This document shows, one piece after another, positions 57,378 through 64,000 of a stretch of DNA of 64,000 bases (position 1 is its first letter; each line of letters begins with the position of its first letter). The stretch comes from Salinivirgaceae bacterium (lineage in GTDB: Bacteria > Bacteroidota > Bacteroidia > Bacteroidales > SZUA-534). Position numbers and translations under genes: made by a program. The stretch is from the NCBI GenBank assembly GCA_024405635.1, contig JAKSOL010000009.1, positions 1 to 64,000 on the forward strand, in the 5' to 3' direction. Below the pieces are notes generated by a model. It saw only the letters and a program-made list of their open reading frames with translations, had not been told where the DNA came from and searched no databases.

Positions 57378-59287
57378 TTGTTCAAAAATAGCAAGTTATC
57401 GGCATTTTGCGAAAGTTGCTTGTTATCCATCATCCACCTAATAACTCGCAATAAAGTGTCGGGATTGTGGTTCAAACCATCAACTAAATCGGTTATCGTT
57501 TTTTTGCTATCGGCAAGACTTTGGCGAATATCCATTAGCATGGTTTCGAATTGCGCATTGCTGATGTCCAGAAAATTTTTGCGCAAACAATGGTCGCATG
57601 TTCCGCACGGACGCACGTTGCTCATACCAAAATACTCAAGCAACATTTGCACACGGCATCGGTCGGCTGTGGCATACTTAACCACAGCGTTTATTTTTTC
57701 AACAAACAGTTTCTTTCTATCGAGATAAATGGACGGAGGGAAATACAGCGCCTCGGTTGCCAAACGCTCTTCGGTGAAATAAATTTGCGGTAGTTTTTTC
57801 TGCGGTATGTAGTCAATTATACGGTCGTGAGCAAGTTTTTTCAAGAACTCGTAAATCTGTTGTCGACCTATATTTTCCTTTTTCATGTTTTTGGCAAGTT
57901 GAGCCTCGTCAATAGGCCTATACTCGCTAAACAAACCTGTATAAGACCTCAACAACACGCGAATAAAATCTTCTTCGTCGGCATTAACTGATTGATAGTT
58001 GTACAAATCGTCGCGATCAACAATAAACATAATTCGCGAGCTGTTTTTTGGATCGGCATCAAACTCCAAATAGCCAGCTTGTTGCAAAATGCTAAGACTG
58101 CCCAAAGCAATGTTTGGTTCAACGTGAAATTTTTGAACAAAATCGGCCAAATTGAAATCGAACGAGCGGTCTTTTCCCCACTCGATTGGTACTTGCAAAT
58201 AGTCGCAAACTTTGTTGTAAACCTCGCGAACGGTTTGCAAATCGGGATAATTGTGGTCAACTCTTTGCGAAAGTTTTGACGAGTCGCGATTTTGGTACAA
58301 CATAACGGCATAGGCACGTTTTTCGTCGCGGCCACCACGTCCAGCCTCTTGAAAATAAGCCTCAAGCGAGTCGGGCAAATCAACATGAATAACAAATCGC
58401 ACATCGGGTTTGTCGATGCCCATGCCAAAAGCGTTGGTTGCAACAATAACTCGCGTGTTGCCCAATTTCCACTGAGTTTGTTTCAAATCGCGTTCTTCTG
58501 GCGACAATCCAGCATGATAAAAGTCGGCGCTTATTCCATTTTGGCAAAGAAAATCGGCATACTCTTTAGTGCGATTGCGGCTGCGAGCATACACTATTCC
58601 TGTACCGGGAATGGAGTTAATAATTTTAAGTACATACTGAGGTTTGTCTTCGGTTTGACGAACCATGTAAGTAAGGTTTGGACGCTCAAAACTCTTGCGA
58701 AAAACATTTTTCTGCTTAAAATCTAATTGTTTTTGAATATCGTCAACCACTAGCGGAGTTGCTGTTGCAGTAACTGCTAGCACTGGAGCGTCGGGTATAA
58801 GTTTGCGTATTTGAGCAATTTGCAAATAATGTGGGCGGAAATCGTATCCCCATTGCGAGATGCAGTGAGCTTCGTCAATAGCCAAAAGATTGACTTGCAT
58901 GCGTTTCAAATGGTCGCGAAAAGCCGATGAGCTAAGACGCTCGGGCGAGCAATAGAGGAATTTGGTATCGGGGTCGTTGGCACAATTCTCGAGTGCAATT
59001 TTTATTTCCCACGACGACATTCCTGTGTAAATGGCGTAAGCTTTTATTCCGTGTGAGCGCAGATTTTCAACCTGATCTTTCATAAGCGCAATAAGCGGCG
59101 TAACAACCACACACACACCACTTAAGGCCAATGCCGGCACCTGAAAAGTTATGGATTTGCCGCCACCCGTAGGCATTAGCGCAAGAGTATCGCGCCCCTC
59201 GCCAACCGAAGTGATTATTTCTTCTTGTAGCGGGCGAAATGATTTATAACCCCAATATTTTTCAAGTATGTCGGTGTATTTACTCAA
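57374..59287 (-). CDS. recQ: RecQ-family DNA helicase
   Basis: MPTGGGKS, DEAHCISQWGYDFRP, AFGMGIDK, QEAGR.GRD, C-terminal CR...CGTCDHC. Confidence 0.93.
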   Translation of the reverse strand: MSKYTDILEKYWGYKSFRPLQEEIITSVGEGRDTLALMPTGGGKSITFQVPALALSGVCVVVTPLIALMKDQVENLRSHGIKAYAIYTGMSSWEIKIALENCANDPDTKFLYCSPERLSSSAFRDHLKRMQVNLLAIDEAHCISQWGYDFRPHYLQIAQIRKLIPDAPVLAVTATATPLVVDDIQKQLDFKQKNVFRKSFERPNLTYMVRQTEDKPQYVLKIINSIPGTGIVYARSRNRTKEYADFLCQNGISADFYHAGLSPEERDLKQTQWKLGNTRVIVATNAFGMGIDKPDVRFVIHVDLPDSLEAYFQEAGRGGRDEKRAYAVMLYQNRDSSKLSQRVDHNYPDLQTVREVYNKVCDYLQVPIEWGKDRSFDFNLADFVQKFHVEPNIALGSLSILQQAGYLEFDADPKNSSRIMFIVDRDDLYNYQSVNADEEDFIRVLLRSYTGLFSEYRPIDEAQLAKNMKKENIGRQQIYEFLKKLAHDRIIDYIPQKKLPQIYFTEERLATEALYFPPSIYLDRKKLFVEKINAVVKYATADRCRVQMLLEYFGMSNVRPCGTCDHCLRKNFLDISNAQFETMLMDIRQSLADSKKTITDLVDGLNHNPDTLLRVIRWMMDNKQLSQNADNLLFLNK

Positions 59288-59364
59288 CTTTGCTTTCTAT
59301 TTCTGATTCGCGATTAACCAATTAGCAAACGGTTATTATTCTGCCAATTGCGCTCGTCAAATTA

Positions 59365-60090
59365 TTACTTGCGACCAATATAAATGGCAGCAATGCCCAT
59401 TGAAAGTACTTTGTAAGTAACGTTGCTGAAACCACAACGCAGCATTATATCGGCAAAATTGTCGTATTGCGGAAAAGCCTGAACCGACTCGGGCAAGTAT
59501 GTGTATGCACGGTCGTCGTTTGACACCATACGGCCAATTACAGGCAAAATGTACTTAAAGTAAAACTTGTATAATTGTTTAACAGGGAAACGGCGCGGCA
59601 TTGTAAATTCAAGCACCACACAAACGCCATCTTTGGCCAAAATTCGGTGCATTTGTTTCAAACCAGCCTCAAGATTCTCAAAGTTACGAGCGCCAAACGA
59701 AACTGTTGTTGCATCAAACTCGCCATCGGCAAACGGCAGATTTTCGGCATCGCCTTTTTGTAAACCAATAATATTTTGCAATCCGCGTTTTGCAACCTTT
59801 TCGCGACCAATAGCCAACATGTTTTCCGACAAATCGATGCCAACAATTTGTTTAGCCTGAGTTTTGGTAAGGGCAATGGCAAGATCGGCGGTGCCGGTTG
59901 CCACATCAAGAACACGTGTTGGTGCGTATTTGCCCACAATTTTCACCACTTTGCGACGCCAAATTTTATCGATGTTGAGCGATAGTGTATGGTTTAGCAA
60001 ATCGTAGTGAGTGGCAATGCTATCAAACATTCCCTCAACCTGAACTTTTTTCGAATCGCTATTATTGCTATTTGGTAGGACTGTTGCCAT
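59365..60090 (-). CDS. menG: Demethylmenaquinone methyltransferase (MenG/UbiE)
   Basis: MFDSIA..YD.LN, LDVATGT.D, FG.RN, AY.YLPESV. Confidence 0.95.
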   Translation of the reverse strand: MATVLPNSNNSDSKKVQVEGMFDSIATHYDLLNHTLSLNIDKIWRRKVVKIVGKYAPTRVLDVATGTADLAIALTKTQAKQIVGIDLSENMLAIGREKVAKRGLQNIIGLQKGDAENLPFADGEFDATTVSFGARNFENLEAGLKQMHRILAKDGVCVVLEFTMPRRFPVKQLYKFYFKYILPVIGRMVSNDDRAYTYLPESVQAFPQYDNFADIMLRCGFSNVTYKVLSMGIAAIYIGRK

Positions 60091-60109
60091 TTGTATAAAT
60101 TATTTATAA

Positions 60110-60514
60110 TCAATACATTTCGTATTGATATGTTTTTCGTTTCTTAATTTTTCCTTTTGCACCAAATTCCGATTTTTCAATTCTCAATCGGCCATTGTAT
60201 TTATATTCAACCTTATCGTCAATGGTACCGTCGGGATTGTAAATAATGTCTGAAATGTGGTTGCCTTCAGCGTCGTAAGAACTCACTGTGCGGCTTTTAA
60301 CTTTGCCATTATCTTCAAACTCAATTTCTTCAACGGCATTGCCATTTTGGTCGAATGTTGTTACCGATTTTTTAATCTTTTTGGGCTCTTTGCCGTCTTT
60401 TTCAAAAACCTCTTCGTACTCGGTAACTGTTTTTACATTGGCATAACGTTTTTGCGCGTTTGCCGCACCCGAAACAACCAAAAAGAAGAAGAGTAATGCA
60501 AATAGTTTTTTCAT
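60110..60514 (-). CDS. Secreted hypothetical protein with YD-like beta-hairpins
   Basis: Signal peptide; repeats FDQNGN, YDAEGN. Confidence 0.7.
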   Translation of the reverse strand: MKKLFALLFFFLVVSGAANAQKRYANVKTVTEYEEVFEKDGKEPKKIKKSVTTFDQNGNAVEEIEFEDNGKVKSRTVSSYDAEGNHISDIIYNPDGTIDDKVEYKYNGRLRIEKSEFGAKGKIKKRKTYQYEMY

Positions 60515-60517
60515 AAA

Positions 60518-61348
60518 TTATTTATTTTCCAGGCTTTTAGCCTCGTTCCAATACTTATCCATTTCGGCTAAATCGCAATCGCGCAATTGTTTGCCTTGCT
60601 CTTTAATTTTTTGTTCAACGTAGTTAAACCGGCGCAAGAACTTTTGGTTTGTTCGCTCAAGTGCATCTTCGGGATTGATTTTGTATAAACGGCCAGCGTT
60701 TACAAGGCTGAACAAAAGGTCGCCAAACTCGTTTTTTGCAGCCTCCGACTTTGGATTGGCTTGCATTTCAGCACTAAACTCAGCAAGTTCTTCGTTTACC
60801 TTATCCCACACTTGCTCAGGTTTTTCCCAATCGAAACCGCTGCTGCTGGTTTTTTCTTGCATGCGATAGGCTTTAACCAATGCAGGCAAACTGGCGGGCA
60901 CACCCTCAAGAACATTGCTTTTACGGCCTTTTTCTTTCAGTTTCAATTGTTCCCAATTACGCGACACGTCGTCGGCTGTGGGCGCATTTACACCGCCAAA
61001 CACATGCGGATGCCTGTATATCATTTTTTGATTAAGCGCATCAATCACATCGGCAATGTCAAACTCGCTTTGTTCGTCGGCAATTTTTGCGTAAAAAATA
61101 ATGTGCAACAACACATCGCCCAGTTCTTTTTTAATATCGGGCATGTTTTTCGATATAATAGCATCGGCAAGTTCGTATGTTTCCTCAATAGTAAGCGTGC
61201 GCAGTGAGTCGAAAGTTTGACTGCCGTCCCAAGGACATTTTGCACGCAATTCGTCCATTATGTCAAGCAGTTTATTAAATTCTTGTAGCTGATGCGCTCT
61301 TTTTTGGGGAACATTCATCACCAACTCTGTAGTTTCGGTATTATTCAT
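60518..61348 (-). CDS. mazG: Nucleoside triphosphate pyrophosphohydrolase
   Basis: CPWD..QT, EE.YEL, ELGD, RHPHVF, GFDW, EFGD. Confidence 0.95.
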   Translation of the reverse strand: MNNTETTELVMNVPQKRAHQLQEFNKLLDIMDELRAKCPWDGSQTFDSLRTLTIEETYELADAIISKNMPDIKKELGDVLLHIIFYAKIADEQSEFDIADVIDALNQKMIYRHPHVFGGVNAPTADDVSRNWEQLKLKEKGRKSNVLEGVPASLPALVKAYRMQEKTSSSGFDWEKPEQVWDKVNEELAEFSAEMQANPKSEAAKNEFGDLLFSLVNAGRLYKINPEDALERTNQKFLRRFNYVEQKIKEQGKQLRDCDLAEMDKYWNEAKSLENK

Positions 61349-62171
61349 TTGTCATAAAAATATAATCGTTCAACCTATCGGGGCAAACAACTGTAACTGA
61401 GTCGTTTATGTCAACGTTTATCAGTCGGGCCAAGTTGTCGTGTTTTATGCCAATTTCAATCAAGCCAAGCTTATTTACAAGAGCAAACATTTCGCCCGAC
61501 TTGACGTTGCTATAGAGTTTTGACACATGGTTAACGTCAAAACCAACGGCTTTATTAATCATCAATTTGCAATTTTCAATCACAAAACCACAATTGACGA
61601 GTGTTTCGCAAGTAATGTTTGTAAAAATATTGCCATACGAGTCAATATGAATGATGCTTGCCGATATGCGTTCGCCATCAAAAGCTGGCATAAATCCGCG
61701 CCAATCAATTTCGGAGGTTATGTCGGTTCCAAGTTCTTCAATGTTGTAACCATTTGACAGCATAATGGCTGTGCTAGCAATAACATCAAAATCAGGAAAA
61801 GTTGAATTCATCATGTCGTCGTCAAAAACCTCAATACGCACAATGCGTTCGGGCCGACTACTGAAAATTGCGCGAATGGCAGCCATGCCGCAGGCGATAA
61901 AAAACTGACCTTTTTCCATAACGCACAAAGGCTGTTTGTCGGCAGTTATTTCGGTATTGACGCAAATAAGATGAATGGTTCCCTCTTGGTAGTATTTATA
62001 GCAGCCACGCAAAACCAATCCGGCTGTGCTATCGTGAAAACTTTTAATGCTGTTTGTTATTTCAACAACCTGAATATCTGAGCAATACGAATACAATTGA
62101 CCTTTTATGGCTCCTGCATAATAGTCGCCACCGTTCCAGTCTGATGTAAGCGTAATTGTTCTCATTTGCAC
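61341..62171 (-). CDS. SAM hydrolase/halogenase (DUF62) family protein
   Basis: ITLTSD, GTIH, IDSYGNI.TNI, G.IEI. Confidence 0.85.
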   Translation of the reverse strand: MQMRTITLTSDWNGGDYYAGAIKGQLYSYCSDIQVVEITNSIKSFHDSTAGLVLRGCYKYYQEGTIHLICVNTEITADKQPLCVMEKGQFFIACGMAAIRAIFSSRPERIVRIEVFDDDMMNSTFPDFDVIASTAIMLSNGYNIEELGTDITSEIDWRGFMPAFDGERISASIIHIDSYGNIFTNITCETLVNCGFVIENCKLMINKAVGFDVNHVSKLYSNVKSGEMFALVNKLGLIEIGIKHDNLARLINVDINDSVTVVCPDRLNDYIFMTNE

Positions 62172-62184
62172 ATTATAGTAGTGG

Positions 62185-62192
62185 CAAATATA
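62185..62192 (-). promoter_or_regulatory. -7 promoter element TATATTTG (DUF62-mazG unit)
   Basis: Exact TAnnTTTG just upstream of the start. Confidence 0.55.
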
Positions 62193-62226
62193 CTACTTAC
62201 AAACTAGCAAAACCAAAGCAAAATAC

Positions 62227-63024
62227 TCAAACGGATTTCTTGGCAGCCAACTCTCTTTTTGCAAACCGATATTGATACATGATTTTTGCCGAACCCAATG
62301 TTACAAAGTATTGCAGTACAGCCAATAGCAAGCCAACCACAATGAATCCCCAAAACAAGAAATTTGGTTTCAACATTATGCCCGAAATTGAGAAAAGATA
62401 ATCGGATATATTAGCTAAATCGCTAAACATCAACAATATGCCTATAGCCTGAATTACCAACAACGTAACCGAGGTAAAAATAGCTACTTGGGTTGATGCA
62501 GCATAAGCCCGTTTTTTTGTTAATCCAGGACTTAAATACCTAAACGACACATAGTTACCAGCTACTATACCAAGAAAAACATTGGCAAAAGGCAAACCCA
62601 TAGCCAATCCCATAAGAAACACCGAAACGTAAACGTAAATGATGCCTAAAATCCATTTGTTTACTGTAAAAAACGGGCTTCCTGCAAGCAACGACCAATC
62701 TATTAATACTCCAACTACAAAACCTGCAGTACCTATAAGCAATACTCCAATTGGAGGAAAAAAAAGCGAAGCTATAGCAACTGTTATAAAAGTTGTGAAA
62801 AATGGAGCAAGAGCCCAATAGAAGAAAATTGAGAATAGTTTAGGAAAATAGCAAACCACGTCGAGTAACACACCTAGAGCAACACCCATTGCTGCCACTC
62901 GCCACGATGGCACATCGTTTCCGTTATACAAACGCAAATTCCACACAGCAACCCCACAAACCACTGGCAACACAAGTGCCAACAGCAGTACTTTAAGCCT
63001 CAACTTCCATCCTATTGTTTGCAT
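62227..63024 (-). CDS. Multi-pass membrane hypothetical protein
   Basis: 265 aa, about 8 hydrophobic segments. Confidence 0.7.
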   Translation of the reverse strand: MQTIGWKLRLKVLLLALVLPVVCGVAVWNLRLYNGNDVPSWRVAAMGVALGVLLDVVCYFPKLFSIFFYWALAPFFTTFITVAIASLFFPPIGVLLIGTAGFVVGVLIDWSLLAGSPFFTVNKWILGIIYVYVSVFLMGLAMGLPFANVFLGIVAGNYVSFRYLSPGLTKKRAYAASTQVAIFTSVTLLVIQAIGILLMFSDLANISDYLFSISGIMLKPNFLFWGFIVVGLLLAVLQYFVTLGSAKIMYQYRFAKRELAAKKSV

Positions 63025-63108
63025 TTTTTAACAATCTAACGAGCCACAAAAATAAAAGCATTTGCACCATTTTTAATACTTTCGCAACTCACTTAACACA
63101 AAAGAAAT

Positions 63109-63480
63109 ATGACAATTGGAACTTTTATCGGACTAATACTTATTGGTATTGTAACTGGTGCATTATCAGGCATTTTAGGAATTGGAGGCGGGATTGTAAT
63201 GATTCCCGCAATGGTTTATTTTCTTGGATTTTCGCAACAAGAATCGGCCGCCACTAGTTTGGCCATTATGCTTCCTCCTATCAGTATTTTTGCAGTAATG
63301 AACTATTGGAAAGCTGGCATGGTTAACATTAAAGTTGCTTTGATAATGATGACCGCCTTTATGATTGGTAGTTATTACTCATCAAAATTGGCCATTATAC
63401 TTCCCGAGCATTACATTAAGAAAGGCTTTGCCATTTTATTGGCTTTCACCGCAGTACGAATGTTTCTTGATAATAAATAG
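63109..63480 (+). CDS. TauE/SafE (sulfite exporter) family, half-size
   Basis: G.LSG..GIGGG...IP, Q...ATSL motif; 123 aa. Confidence 0.88.
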   Translation: MTIGTFIGLILIGIVTGALSGILGIGGGIVMIPAMVYFLGFSQQESAATSLAIMLPPISIFAVMNYWKAGMVNIKVALIMMTAFMIGSYYSSKLAIILPEHYIKKGFAILLAFTAVRMFLDNK

Positions 63481-63517
63481 TGCGTTTACACCGCATTATT
63501 TGTTTTGATATGAAAAT

Positions 63518-63632
63518 AAAAAAAGCGAGACGGAAAACCGTCACGCCCCAAACCATTTATATGAAAAAAAACTATCTCCGAAGAAACTCTTTAGGGAACC
63601 TTAACTTTACGTTTCGTATCCCCTTGTTTTCT
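63518..63632 (-). ncRNA. Candidate small regulatory RNA
   Basis: Upstream TATATTTG (63637-63644), 5' stem, C(UUCG)G hairpin, terminator stem 63525-63546 plus U-run; ends approximate. Confidence 0.65.
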
Positions 63633-63806
63633 GAGACAAATATACGGCGACATTAAACACCCACCTATAAAAGATTTATACGCTAACGTTTGCATAAATT
63701 CTATTTAACAATAATCTTTTAGCAAAACCCACTGATTTGCAAGTAGTTGCACTAATGCAAACGTGCGCATAAAAAGTTGCATAAACCAAAACGAAAAACA
63801 TACAAA

Positions 63807-64000
63807 ATGAGCACACCATTTGAATTAACCATGAAAGTACGCGACTACGAGTGCGATATGGAAGGCATTGTGAACAACGCAGTGTACCAAAACTACCTTG
63901 AGCATACACGTCACGAAATGATTTTGTCGCGTGGCATAAGTTTTGCCGAACTTGTTGAACAACAAATACATGTTGTAGTTGCACGCGCCGACATTCGCTA
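63807..64000 (+). CDS. Acyl-CoA thioesterase (YbgC/4HBT family), truncated by window edge
   Basis: Not in ORF track; reads MSTPFELTMKVRDYECDMEGIVNNAVYQNYLEHTRHE... Confidence 0.88.
   Translation, partial: MSTPFELTMKVRDYECDMEGIVNNAVYQNYLEHTRHEMILSRGISFAELVEQQIHVVVARADIR

Noticed and set aside
57374-61348. recQ plus mazG as a possible anti-phage island
   Set aside because: Both are full-length housekeeping types among menG and DUF62; no defence or mobility genes
826-62821. Many 60-165 aa ORFs overlapping larger genes
   Set aside because: Antisense or alternate-frame shadows with no motifs
63561-63656. 31-aa plus-strand ORF MKKNYLRRNSLG... antisense to the candidate sRNA
   Set aside because: Not hydrophobic like a type I toxin; promoter and terminator point to the minus strand; probably the mirror of the UUUUCAU tract
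63738-63751. TGCAAGTAGTTGCA resembling the Fur-type palindrome
   Set aside because: Spacing is one base shorter and the left arm mismatches; no metal-related gene adjacent
63676-63984. 102-aa minus-strand ORF in the track
   Set aside because: Shadow of the real plus-strand thioesterase starting at 63807
1-64000. CRISPR array, tRNA, rRNA, IS/integrase, reverse transcriptase
   Set aside because: No spaced direct repeats, cloverleaf/rRNA signature or mobility motifs seen by eye

Overview
Gene-dense, AT-rich bacterial chromosome segment that looks like a Bacteroidales/Bacteroidota anaerobe (TAnnTTTG-type promoters, many lipoproteins, T9SS-type C-termini, pheT without pheS, wza-wzc). About 55 CDSs. 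Housekeeping genes (pheT, folD, ffh, ddl, asd, lgt, tadA, recQ, menG/ubiE, mazG) are interleaved with plant-glycan enzymes (GH31, GH5, GH43+CBM6, GH3, a carboxylesterase, a fucose/arabinose-type isomerase, a CBM-like lipoprotein); no susC/susD pair is present. I found no rRNA, tRNA, CRISPR array, transposase, integrase or recognisable phage/defence system. Best leads: (i) a ~115-nt candidate sRNA on the minus strand (63518-63632) with its own promoter, a C(UUCG)G hairpin, a terminator and an unpaired tract complementary to AUGAAAAAA starts; (ii) an in-frame Aat (Leu/Phe-tRNA-protein transferase)-ElaA/GNAT fusion; (iii) a frameshifted DUF6057-like gene paired with a CxxCH-bearing beta-propeller lipoprotein; (iv) a Fur-family regulator, a perfect palindrome and a His/Cys-tailed permease; (v) a stand-alone Ig+CBM4-like surface lipoprotein; (vi) an AT-rich insert carrying a truncated gene remnant. 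Family calls come from motif recognition by eye; no database search was run.
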